A DNA stretch of 64,000 bases from positions 193 through 64,192 of the forward strand of contig LJUI01000010.1 in assembly GCA_001303705.1 (NCBI GenBank). The letters run 5' to 3'. Both the position numbers and the translations under genes were made by a program. This stretch comes from a candidate division TA06 bacterium SM23_40. GTDB taxonomy: Bacteria > LJUI01 > SM1-40. The notes beneath the pieces are model-generated. The model worked only from the letters and a program-made list of their open reading frames with translations. It did no database searches and had not been told where the DNA came from. Below, piece by piece: positions 40,725-49,016 of the stretch. Each line of letters begins with the position of its first letter. Within the stretch, counting starts at the first letter, position 1.

Positions 40725-42143
40725 CTAGCGCCTGAGGAGATGGATGGCCTTCCCGATTGCCCCCTCTGCTGCCTCGACAAGCGATTCGGAAAGCGTAGGG
40801 TGAGGATGAATGGTGCGGGCGATATCGTGGATCGTTGCTTCCATCTCGATCGCCAGGGCCGCCTCCCCGATGAGAACACCCGCCTCAGGCCCCACAATGT
40901 GGACCCCCAGCACCTTCTCCGTTCCCTTTTGGGCCACCACGTTCACAAATCCATCTGGTTGAGCCATGGTGAGGGCGCGCCCCAGGGCGGCGAACGGGAA
41001 TCTGCCGACTATTGTCTCTATCCCCTGCGCTTTGGCCTGGGCATCGGTCATTCCGACGGTGGCGATCTCCGGATCGGTGAAGACGACCGCGGGCACGACC
41101 CTCCAATCGACTCTTGCATCTTGTCCTGCAATCACGGTTGCGGCGAGGATCCCCTCCCGCGATGCCTTGTGGGCCAGGAGGGGCTGGCCGGCGACGTCCC
41201 CGATGGCGAAGACGTGCGGGACTGAGGTGCGCATCTGGTCGTCGGTATTGATGAATCCCCCGTCGCCGAGCAGTACACCAGCTGCGTCGAGTCCGAGGTC
41301 TTCGGTATTGGGGCGCCTGCCCACGGTGATGAGAGCTCTGTCGAACGGGATGGTTTCCCTCGTCCCCTCGCGCTCCACTTCGAGAACCGTCCTCCCGTCT
41401 TCCTCCTTCACTCCCACCGCTTTCGTGCGTAGATGCACTTCTATTGCGAGCTGTTTGAGCCGGCGGGCTACGGTCTGGACGAGGCGGAGTTCAGTGCCGG
41501 GAAGGAGCTGGTCAAGCATCTCGACGACTGTGACCGCGCTGCCGAGTTTGGCGTATACCGTGCCCAGCTCGAGCCCGATATACCCGCCGCCGACCACGAG
41601 GAGTCGCGGTGGCACCTCCTGGAGGGCGAGGGCTTCGGTCGAGGTGATGATGCGCTCGCCGTCGAACGGCAGCCCGGGGATCTCGAAGGGGCGGGATCCG
41701 GTGGCGATTATCGCGTGCTCGAATTCGATCTCTCCTGTGCCGTCGGGCGTCCTTACCTCGACCTGTCTCGGCCCGGTGAGCCGGGCGACACCCTGGACCA
41801 CGACCACGCCATTACCTTTGAGGAGCTTTGCAACGCCGTCGGTGAGCCGTCTGATGATATCGGTCTTCCACGCCTGGAGCTTCGATATGTCGACGTTCGC
41901 CCCTTCCACCAACACCCCCATCTCCTGTGCCGTTGTCGACCGGTGCACGAGGTCCGCTGCCGAGATGAGTGCTTTCGACGGGATGCAGCCGTGGTTCAGG
42001 CAGATGCCTCCAGGCGATGGTTCCTTTTCCACGAGCGTCGTCTCCACTCCGAGCTGTGCCGCCCGGATGGCGGCCACATATCCTCCAGGCCCGGCTCCGA
42101 TCACGAGCAGTCGGGTGGACTTCGGGAGTTCGTTCTCCGGCAT
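40725..42143 (-). CDS. lpdA: dihydrolipoyl dehydrogenase
   Basis: LLVIGAGPGGYVAAIRAAQLG, redox disulfide GGICLNHGCIPSKAL, and C-terminal HPHPTLSE dimerisation motif. Confidence 0.94.
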   Translation of the reverse strand: MPENELPKSTRLLVIGAGPGGYVAAIRAAQLGVETTLVEKEPSPGGICLNHGCIPSKALISAADLVHRSTTAQEMGVLVEGANVDISKLQAWKTDIIRRLTDGVAKLLKGNGVVVVQGVARLTGPRQVEVRTPDGTGEIEFEHAIIATGSRPFEIPGLPFDGERIITSTEALALQEVPPRLLVVGGGYIGLELGTVYAKLGSAVTVVEMLDQLLPGTELRLVQTVARRLKQLAIEVHLRTKAVGVKEEDGRTVLEVEREGTRETIPFDRALITVGRRPNTEDLGLDAAGVLLGDGGFINTDDQMRTSVPHVFAIGDVAGQPLLAHKASREGILAATVIAGQDARVDWRVVPAVVFTDPEIATVGMTDAQAKAQGIETIVGRFPFAALGRALTMAQPDGFVNVVAQKGTEKVLGVHIVGPEAGVLIGEAALAIEMEATIHDIARTIHPHPTLSESLVEAAEGAIGKAIHLLRR

Positions 42144-42182
42144 GTCGTATTCCTCCTGATGAAGAGACCGGGGATGGAGACC

Positions 42183-42277
42183 GGGGACGTTGGTAGGTTC
42201 TGAAGGTTACCGGAAGACACCGACCGGGGGATCCTGGAGGAGTCCACAATAGCCTTCAGAACCTTGGCGCGTCCGGG
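42183..42277 (-). repeat. 26-nt repeat, copy A (42183-42208, minus orientation) plus degenerate inverted copy (42252-42277)
   Basis: The reverse complement of 42183-42208 is AACCTTCAGAACCTACCAACGTCCCC, 40 nt upstream of the lpd start. 42252-42277 reads CCTTCAGAACCTTGGCGCGTCCGGGG on the plus strand. Confidence 0.8.
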
Positions 42278-42456
42278 GGCAACCGATAACCTCCTGAAGC
42301 TACTGCTCTCCCCCGAGATCGTTCATGCTGGATGATTCACGAGTCGCGAGCGATGTACGAGTGTCTGTTCCTCGCCCCCTTCGGGGCAGAGGAGCGTCGG
42401 GCATGTACTGAGCGCAGAGCGTAGCACGGGCGAGTCATTTAGTCAACTCCGCGCCC

Positions 42457-45201
42457 TCATGCCGCGTCTGGCGCGGCGTGGTCACGTGGGGTCGACCGCG
42501 TAGAATCGACCCTGCGCGAGAACCGGTCGACAAGGCCGAGGAGTGCGGGCAGGGCCACGAGCGAGGTGATAAGACAGGTTCCTACTCCGATGAACAGGAG
42601 TGAACCCAGACTTCCCAGTCCTCGATAGGTGGCGAAGACGAGCGAGCCGAAGGCGAGCATAGTCGTCAGCGAGGTGATGAGAACAGCTTTCCCCGTGCTC
42701 GACAGGATCGCGCGGATGTTGCCTCTCGCCTCGACGCGATGTCGGTGGAGAATGTGGACGCCGTCGTCGATGCCGATCCCGAGAATTAGCGGGATGCCCA
42801 TTACATTGACGATGGTGAGCTTCATCCCGATCAGATGCATGATGCCCACCATCCAGACTGCGCCGATGAGGAGCGGGATCATCGCCAGGAGTGTCGATCG
42901 GATGCTGTGGAAGTCGAGAAAGAGAAGGAGAAAGATTACGATGAGTGCGACCCCGGTGGCCCGGCGTCCGTCCCTGCCGATGACCTGTATGAGCTCGAGG
43001 AAAAGCGGAGGCGTGCCCGTGACACGGGGGTCGATTCGCTTCATCTGCTCAGTGAACCGGTTCAGGAACTTGATGTTCCACACCTGTTCCTTGGGGTAGA
43101 TCGTGACGAGGAATCTGTCCCCGCTTCTGCTTACATACCGTTCGACGATATCGGTAGGGACACTGTCAATGGTGATGGGATCGGGTGAGGCCATTGCCAT
43201 CGCCCTCTGTCGGAGGATCGGTTCATACTGCGACTGGAAGTGGTTGAGGTGGCGGACGGCCTTCGTACGATCTTCCCCGATGTGGTCGATGGCAAGAGCG
43301 ATCGGGCCCGGCCCCTGGCTCTCCCCCGGCTCGCCGAGGATCCTCTGGCATGTTCGATCTACTTTGTCCCGTCCGCTGATGAACGCGAGCTGACTCAACT
43401 CAACGACATTATCCTCCAGCCTGCCGAGTTCTTCGATGAGTCTGCCAAGCGTGCCCGGGGTGATGGGCGAGACGGTTCGGTTCGCCGTGAGATCGCGGCG
43501 GATCTTCCATAGATACGGGCGACGTCGCTGCTGCTGCTCCTGCGACGGCAGATATTCGGAGATGCTCTCGACTCCCCCGACGATGCCGAGTTCCTTGGCT
43601 GCCTCGGCGATCGTCCGCGCATCCTCAACGGTGCTGGTCGTGATAAGGGCGAAATCAGGGCTGATGTCGAACTTCTCTATCATCCGCTCCTGGAGAATAA
43701 CCGATGTCAACCCCTCCGGCTCCATATTGAGGTAGTTGTAGTCGAATTGGACGTGGAGGGCGCTGTAGAGAAAGAGGGCGGTGAGTAACAGGACGGCGAT
43801 GAGGGTGGGGGTCGAGTATCGGGCCGCACCGTCAGCCAGTGCGCCGATGAAGGTGAACTGGCGTGCTCGAAATCTGACCCGGTGGCGCGCGATGCGGGCG
43901 GCGATTCTCTCGCGCAGAGTGAGCATCGAGGGGAGGACGAGGACCGCCGACAGCATACAGAGGATGACTCCTTCCCCCATGACGAAGCCCATTTCGCGTA
44001 TGCCGGCCGAGTCGGCGATCATGAGGGTGAAAAAGGCGCATGCGGTCGTGAGGGCACCGGTGACGATACCCGACCCGGACTTGTTGAGCGTGTCGCGCAA
44101 AGCATCGGGAACCGATTCGCCCATGGCGCGGCGCTCGGTGTACAGAGAAATGATATGGATGGAAAAATCGACGCCCAGGCCGAGAAGGATGGCGGCAAAC
44201 ATGGAGGTCATGATATTGAGTGTACGGACGGTGACCGCCGCCAGGGCCGCCGCCCAGGTGATCCCGATGATGAGGTTGAGCGCGGCGAGGAGCGGAGCAG
44301 TCCACATACGGAAAGAGAAGATGAACAGAGCCAGGATGAGGACCAGCGCGAGGATGGAGGTGAGATACATGTCGCTCCGTGCGGCGACAAGCTCATCGCG
44401 GGCGAGGACTATTGTCCCCGTGAGGCCGGCATCGATGCCGGGGTGCGCAGCGGCGAGGTCGTCGATGAGCGCCTCGATCGTATCGCATGCTGCGACACAC
44501 ATGTCGAGGTCGGTAATCGGAAATGTCGGACGGACGATGAGGAGGAGCATCGTCTTGTCATAGGATAGATAGTAGGGGTCACCGACAAGGAGGGTGTACA
44601 CGGCATCCCGGGCAACAGCCGGATCTGTGGCAGGGCCGCGGAGGGCGTACTGATCGATTGCCTTGATCCACCGTTCCAGGCCCTCGAGGTAGCGAATAGC
44701 TTCATCCTCTTTTTCCTTGGTGCTGAGACTCAGCTCGTCCTCGACGTATTCTTTCTCGAACGAGTCGTTGATGTGGGCGAGGAGGGGGATGAGGGCGAGG
44801 TCGGAGAAGAGGTCCTGTAAGTTCTCGAGATCGGAGGTCTCCTCTAACATAAATCCGTGTCGTGCGATGTAGCCTTCGTCGATCTTGTGGGTCACTCGCT
44901 CGACATACTCCTCCAGCTGTTCAACGCTCGCAGCCAGCCGGTCGGCGAACGGTTTCATCTGATCGGGCTCGCCCTGTACCACGATGATAATATTCGATGC
45001 AGTGCTGTACTCCTCGACGATCTTGTTGAACTCCACGACCATCGGATTACCCTGGGGCATGAGGTCGGAAAACCTGGTGGTGAGCTGGAGCCGAGTGGCG
45101 ACACCTGCCGCGAGGGCGGTGGCTATGAGGGCCACGAGCACGATAATGCCCGAATGCCGGTACGTCATGCGGGCGATGAAAGTAAATATCCGTTGGCGCA
45201 T
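42457..45201 (-). CDS. MMPL/RND-superfamily exporter (two-halves, ~12 TM)
   Basis: 914 aa. Duplicated membrane domains with large loops. Resembles MMPL/HpnN-like transporters. Confidence 0.85.
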   Translation of the reverse strand: MRQRIFTFIARMTYRHSGIIVLVALIATALAAGVATRLQLTTRFSDLMPQGNPMVVEFNKIVEEYSTASNIIIVVQGEPDQMKPFADRLAASVEQLEEYVERVTHKIDEGYIARHGFMLEETSDLENLQDLFSDLALIPLLAHINDSFEKEYVEDELSLSTKEKEDEAIRYLEGLERWIKAIDQYALRGPATDPAVARDAVYTLLVGDPYYLSYDKTMLLLIVRPTFPITDLDMCVAACDTIEALIDDLAAAHPGIDAGLTGTIVLARDELVAARSDMYLTSILALVLILALFIFSFRMWTAPLLAALNLIIGITWAAALAAVTVRTLNIMTSMFAAILLGLGVDFSIHIISLYTERRAMGESVPDALRDTLNKSGSGIVTGALTTACAFFTLMIADSAGIREMGFVMGEGVILCMLSAVLVLPSMLTLRERIAARIARHRVRFRARQFTFIGALADGAARYSTPTLIAVLLLTALFLYSALHVQFDYNYLNMEPEGLTSVILQERMIEKFDISPDFALITTSTVEDARTIAEAAKELGIVGGVESISEYLPSQEQQQRRRPYLWKIRRDLTANRTVSPITPGTLGRLIEELGRLEDNVVELSQLAFISGRDKVDRTCQRILGEPGESQGPGPIALAIDHIGEDRTKAVRHLNHFQSQYEPILRQRAMAMASPDPITIDSVPTDIVERYVSRSGDRFLVTIYPKEQVWNIKFLNRFTEQMKRIDPRVTGTPPLFLELIQVIGRDGRRATGVALIVIFLLLFLDFHSIRSTLLAMIPLLIGAVWMVGIMHLIGMKLTIVNVMGIPLILGIGIDDGVHILHRHRVEARGNIRAILSSTGKAVLITSLTTMLAFGSLVFATYRGLGSLGSLLFIGVGTCLITSLVALPALLGLVDRFSRRVDSTRSTPRDHAAPDAA

Positions 45202-45229
45202 CAGGGCCGTCCTCCCCAGTGATCAGGCG

Positions 45230-45258
45230 ATTATAAAAATACCCCCTCTCCCTGTCAA
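45230..45258 (-). promoter_or_regulatory. strong sigma70-type promoter TTGACA-N17-TATAAT for the MMPL gene
   Basis: On the minus strand, TTGACA is at 45258-45253 and TATAAT at 45235-45230. GGAGG RBS lies 10 nt before ATG 45201. Confidence 0.7.
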
Positions 45259-45305
45259 TACCAGCCGGGGAAGTACCCAGGTTTTGAAGGTTATTGACAT
45301 CGAGG

Positions 45306-45331
45306 CGGGGACGTTGGTAGGTTCTGTAGGT
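45306..45331 (-). repeat. 26-nt repeat, copy B
   Basis: The reverse complement is AACCTACAGAACCTACCAACGTCCCC, identical (26/26) to copy F. It lies upstream of, and co-oriented with, the MMPL gene. Confidence 0.85.
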
Positions 45332-45445
45332 TGGTGATCCCGGGCATAAGCACTCGTAGGTTCCAAAGGCCTGCTCAAGCCCGACAATCCTGATGCAGAC
45401 GAGCTCTCAGGGTCGGACATGTCGGTATGTCGGTGCTGCTCCAGC

Positions 45446-45471
45446 AACCCACGCTTCCTACCAACGTCCCC
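45446..45471 (+). repeat. 26-nt repeat, copy C
   Basis: AACCCACGCTTCCTACCAACGTCCCC. Confidence 0.8.
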
Positions 45472-45575
45472 GGCAGGGTCTGAGGAGCGCATAAGGCGGC
45501 GCTGCCGCAATGATCTTCGTCTTCTGCAAACATCTGGTGGGTATGGGTAGGCGGGGTCCCCGAGGGATTTGCGAC

Positions 45576-45682
45576 AACCTTCAAAATCTAGGTACGTCCC
45601 CGGGTGTTACCGGCAACCTTCGTTTCCTACCAACGTCCCCGGCGGGTCATGCCAGTAACCTACAGAACCTACCAACGTCCCC
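45576..45682 (+). repeat. three tandem copies (D, E, F) of the 26-nt repeat at 39-42-nt spacing
   Basis: 45576 AACCTTCAAAATCTAGGTACGTCCCC; 45615 AACCTTCGTTTCCTACCAACGTCCCC; 45657 AACCTACAGAACCTACCAACGTCCCC. All point toward the creatininase-family gene. Confidence 0.85.
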
Positions 45683-45695
45683 GGTGTGCCCGGTG

Positions 45696-45724
45696 TTGAC
45701 AGGGGAGGGAGCGTCCGTCATACT
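45696..45724 (+). promoter_or_regulatory. sigma70-type promoter TTGACA-N17-CATACT
   Basis: TTGACAGGGGAGGGAGCGTCCGTCATACT, 87 nt upstream of GTG 45811. Confidence 0.5.
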
Positions 45725-45810
45725 GGGCCCTGCAGGGCGGTGTGATTCGATCGGGAACGACTGGGAAGAGTGTGCAGCACCATATCGAGAATGACTGGAA
45801 AGGAGGAGCG

Positions 45811-46554
45811 GTGAGGACACTCTATCGGGAGCTGACGAGCGAGGAGATACGGGAGGCCGCCGAGCAAGACTACATCGCGGTGCTCCCTACGGGGTGCATC
45901 GAGCAGCACGGTCCGCATCTTCCCGTCGACGTGGATTTCGGTGGGTTTGAGGATATGCTGGCAGAGGCTGCCGAGCTCGCCCGCGAGACGCATGGTCTCA
46001 AGATTCTGGTGATGCCTCCCATCCCCTACGGGCCAGCAAACGAGCACATGGGGTTCCCGGGAACGATCTCGATCTCCTATCAGACCTATTTCCGGTTCCT
46101 GTTCGAGATTGCTGTCTCTCTTATCGAGCACGGCTTTCGCCGGATCGCACTCGCGCCCGGATGCGGTGGCCACTATCTCGAACCGGCTGCCTGGGAAGTT
46201 CGGAGATGGGCCGCGGAGGAGGGGAAGCCGGCTGTTGTGTGGGTGCTCTCGTGCAACTACTGTGAGATCGGGGAGCGCCTCATCCCCGGGACATCCGATT
46301 TCCATGCGGGAGAGTTCGAGACCTCGTTGGTGCTGGCCACACGGGAGCATCTCGTGAGGAAGGAGAAGATCAGGAGACCGAAGCTGGCCGAATTCTCGTT
46401 CAAATCGGCGTGGTCGATGCACGAAATCTCGGACACCGGGGCATCCGGCGATCCGACGAAAGCAACGAAAGAGACGGGGGAGCAAATCTACCGGAGCATC
46501 ATTGAGTTCTGGTGTGCCCAGTTCAAGGAGATCGAGGAGGGCGAGGCAGAGTAG
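45811..46554 (+). CDS. creatininase-family amidohydrolase
   Basis: GTG 45811 preceded by AGGAGG. Signature ..AVLPTGCIEQHGPHLPVDVD.. and ..HAGEFETS... Confidence 0.85.
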   Translation: MRTLYRELTSEEIREAAEQDYIAVLPTGCIEQHGPHLPVDVDFGGFEDMLAEAAELARETHGLKILVMPPIPYGPANEHMGFPGTISISYQTYFRFLFEIAVSLIEHGFRRIALAPGCGGHYLEPAAWEVRRWAAEEGKPAVVWVLSCNYCEIGERLIPGTSDFHAGEFETSLVLATREHLVRKEKIRRPKLAEFSFKSAWSMHEISDTGASGDPTKATKETGEQIYRSIIEFWCAQFKEIEEGEAE

Positions 46555-46558
46555 GTCC

Positions 46559-46756
46559 CTATCTGGCTGAGTGGATTCTCACGAACCGCGCGATCGACCG
46601 ATCGTAGGTTCGCTCGACTTCTGGAGGGAAAAGACAGCCGGGGAGCTCGCCGTGCTCCCAGTGGTAGGTGATGCATTCACAGCACTTGCCCTTCCGTGAG
46701 CACGGTTCATAGGTGCAGGGGCAGTCGGCACGGTTCTCCTCGATGTTGCATTCCAT
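46559..46756 (-). CDS. small Cys-rich protein (DUF6485-like, probable metal-binding)
   Basis: 65 aa: [54 protein letters not shown]. Seven Cys plus His in a CPC..C..CCxC..H..C pattern. The family name is from memory. Confidence 0.6.
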   Translation of the reverse strand: MECNIEENRADCPCTYEPCSRKGKCCECITYHWEHGELPGCLFPPEVERTYDRSIARFVRIHSAR

Positions 46757-46939
46757 AGTGCGGCTCCCTGTACGGTTCGCAGTATCGTCTGGAGGGGAAT
46801 TCCCGGTCTGTTGCCCCCTGAGCGTATCAGAGGTCGATCGTCCCTGTCAAGCGCATTGCCTGCACAGCCAGTTCCCCACGGCAGCACTCCATTCAGGACA
46901 GCGGGCTGGCGGTAAGGAGAGGGGCTGCCTCAATTGGGC

Positions 46940-46968
46940 TTGACAGGGGAGGAGGGTTCGTCTACTAT
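46940..46968 (+). promoter_or_regulatory. sigma70-type promoter TTGACA-N17-TACTAT for the tRNA
   Basis: TTGACAGGGGAGGAGGGTTCGTCTACTAT, about 58 nt upstream of the tRNA 5' end. Confidence 0.55.
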
Positions 46969-47025
46969 AGTCGTGTACACGGGTGGCGGGAATCCGGCGA
47001 GCGAAGGACATCTGCATAAGGGAGT

Positions 47026-47102
47026 GGCGGCGTAGCTCAGTTGGCTAGAGCGGGTGAATCATAATCACTAGGTCCGGGGTTCGAGTCCCTGCGCCGCCAC
47101 CA
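47026..47102 (+). tRNA. tRNA with CAT anticodon, elongator type; likely tRNA-Ile2 (lysidine) rather than tRNA-Met
   Basis: Hand-folded 77-nt cloverleaf: GGCGGCG/CGCCGCC acceptor, GCTC/GAGC D stem, GGTGA-ATCATAA-TCACT anticodon arm, CGGGG-TTCGAGT-CCCTG T arm, encoded CCA. 1:72 is paired and there is no GGG/CCC anticodon stem, so it is not an initiator. Confidence 0.9.
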
Positions 47103-47110
47103 TGTAACGG

Positions 47111-47135
47111 GATCGATCTACTGGATCGATCTTTC
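47111..47135 (+). terminator. intrinsic terminator after the tRNA
   Basis: GATCGATC-TACTG-GATCGATC perfect 8-bp hairpin followed by TTTCGCTCTT. Confidence 0.6.
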
Positions 47136-47535
47136 GCTCTTACTCAGCCAAGATCTGCGGGCGCGAGGGCACTCAGGCTGACACCAACCGGGTGTTCGCT
47201 TGCTCAGGCGGGCTCTCCTCGTCCAGGGGCAGGCATCCGACGGGTTTGCCACCTCCGGAGCGCCTTTCCGCTCGCGGGGGCGGGCTCGCACCCTGGGGTC
47301 TCGCCCTTCCGGCGTCGCTTCTGGGCGCAGGGGCTGGTCTTTGTCGGGTTCCTGCCCTCCCGGTGGGGTTCCTGCCCCTCGGGTTCACACGTCCTGCCGG
47401 GCGGCGGGGTCTCTCCGGACGGGCCAGGTTTCCCCTTGCCCAAGCTCCGCCGTGGTGATATATTCGATGGTAGAGAGGTGTGGCCGCTGCTGGGAAGGGG
47501 TGCATGCTGTCCACACCATCACCGAGGAGGATATC

Positions 47536-48951
47536 GTGCCTTTTGTCAGTCAGGTCAGAGGGACGATTGCGAAACACAGCATGTTCGGCCGCGGGGATAC
47601 GGTCGTCGTGGGGGTCTCCGGGGGCGTCGATTCCATGGCTCTCCTCCACGTTCTCGTGGAGTTGCGGGATGAGTACGCCCTTCAGCTTCACGTGGCACAC
47701 CTCAACCACGGCTTCCGGGGCGAGGAGGCAGACGCGGATGCGGCGTTGGTCGAAGCTGCGGCGGGAGACCTGCGCATTCCTGCGACTGTGCAGAAGTTCG
47801 ATGTCCCGGGATTTGCCAGCAGGATGCGGCTGGGCGCTCAGGAGGCGGCGCGGAACGCCAGGTATGAGTTCCTCGAAGGAGTGGCCTCGCGCATCGGAGC
47901 GGACAAAGTAGCCACCGGCCACACCGCGAGCGACCAGGCCGAGACGGTCCTCATCAACCTGCTCCGTGGGTCGGGCGCACTGGGGCTAGGGGGGATTCCA
48001 CCGGTGCGTGGTCGTGTCGTCCGTCCCCTTATCGAGGTGACAAAAGACGAGGTGTGGGAATTCGCCAGGCGAGGAGGAATCGCCTGCCGGGAGGATTCAT
48101 CGAACGCTAAGTCCGTTTACCTCCGGAATCTGATCAGATCTCGTTTGCTTCCCCTCCTTGCGGCAGAATTCAACCCCCAAATCGTTTCCGTGCTGGCCAG
48201 GACGGCTGAACTGCTCCGCGAGGACGAGCGACACCTTCAGAACGATAGTGAAGCCGCCCTCCAGAAAGTGGTCGTTTCGGTCGAGCCGGGGGAGAAAATT
48301 GCTGTTGATCTGGGCGCACTGCTCAGCTATGATATTTCATTGCGGCGTCGGATCCTGCGCGAACTGGTCATCATGTTCCGCGGGGATCCACGTGGGCCGA
48401 GTTTCGAGGAGATCGAGAATCTCATGCGGCTAACCCGGCGGCCGGGCGGGTCGGCCCGTCTCGACCTGGGGTCGGGGATGTACGCCGAGAGACTATATGG
48501 TCGGCTTCTGCTGACCCGGCAGGCCGATCCCATGCCGACCGGGGCCGTCCTCGAGGCGCTCGAGATTCCAGGCGTGACCAGGGTTGCGCCTCTCGGCTTG
48601 ACTGTCGAGGCCAGGGTCTTTGGGCGATCCGGTCTGCCCGATGACCTTCGCAAGACACGATCGTCTATGGCGTACTTCGACCACGAACAGATCGTCTCTC
48701 CGGTCGTCGTCCGTGTCCGCTCGCCCGGAGACACATTCCAACCGATGGGGATGCCGGGCTCGCGAAAGCTGAAGCGGGTGTTCATCGACGACAAGATCCC
48801 GCGGGCGACGCGCGATCAGATTCCACTGCTCGCTGATGCCAGAGGTGTCTTCTGGATCGTGGGCCACAGGATCTCCGAGCGGGTGAAGGTGAATCCCGAC
48901 ACCCGCGAGGTGCTGTGGGTCAAAGTCCTCGAAGACGCGGCGGTCCAGTGA
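47536..48951 (+). CDS. tilS: tRNA(Ile)-lysidine synthase TilS
   Basis: PP-loop VVVGVSGGVDSMALLHVL. GTG 47536 is preceded by GAGGAGG with a 5-nt spacer. Candidate promoter TTGCCC-N17-TATATT at 47436-47464. The ORF track's 47200 start adds about 110 aa of low-complexity, non-conserved sequence. Confidence 0.9.
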   Translation: MPFVSQVRGTIAKHSMFGRGDTVVVGVSGGVDSMALLHVLVELRDEYALQLHVAHLNHGFRGEEADADAALVEAAAGDLRIPATVQKFDVPGFASRMRLGAQEAARNARYEFLEGVASRIGADKVATGHTASDQAETVLINLLRGSGALGLGGIPPVRGRVVRPLIEVTKDEVWEFARRGGIACREDSSNAKSVYLRNLIRSRLLPLLAAEFNPQIVSVLARTAELLREDERHLQNDSEAALQKVVVSVEPGEKIAVDLGALLSYDISLRRRILRELVIMFRGDPRGPSFEEIENLMRLTRRPGGSARLDLGSGMYAERLYGRLLLTRQADPMPTGAVLEALEIPGVTRVAPLGLTVEARVFGRSGLPDDLRKTRSSMAYFDHEQIVSPVVVRVRSPGDTFQPMGMPGSRKLKRVFIDDKIPRATRDQIPLLADARGVFWIVGHRISERVKVNPDTREVLWVKVLEDAAVQ

Positions 48952-49016
48952 TCTCGGCGAGGTCCTGTCGGTCTGCTCATAGGTGATGAGATTCGCATTG
49001 GGGGGGGAACGCGACG

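Noticed and set aside
45576-45682. Possible mini-CRISPR: three direct repeats at ~40-nt periodicity.
   Set aside because: - Only 3 units, and the 'spacers' are 13-16 nt.
- The repeats are 26 nt with variable 5' halves.
- Further copies occur singly and inverted at 42183 and 45306.
- There are no cas genes in the window. It behaves as a dispersed regulatory or REP-like repeat.
47026-47102. tRNA(CAT) as initiator tRNA-fMet.
   Set aside because: Base 1:72 is a G:C pair rather than a C-A mismatch. The anticodon stem lacks the three consecutive G:C pairs characteristic of bacterial initiators.
47200-47535. 5'-extended versions of ORF-track genes: tilS from 47200, mnmG from 9005, yidC from 19468, M42 paralog 1 from 2267, parA from 6029, DUF72 from 59889, BNR from 23480, creatininase from 45742, M20 from 39251, Hc1 from 58494.
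   Set aside because: The extensions are non-conserved low-complexity sequence and often overlap the upstream gene. In each case an internal start with a good AGGAGG-type RBS sits right before the conserved N-terminus.
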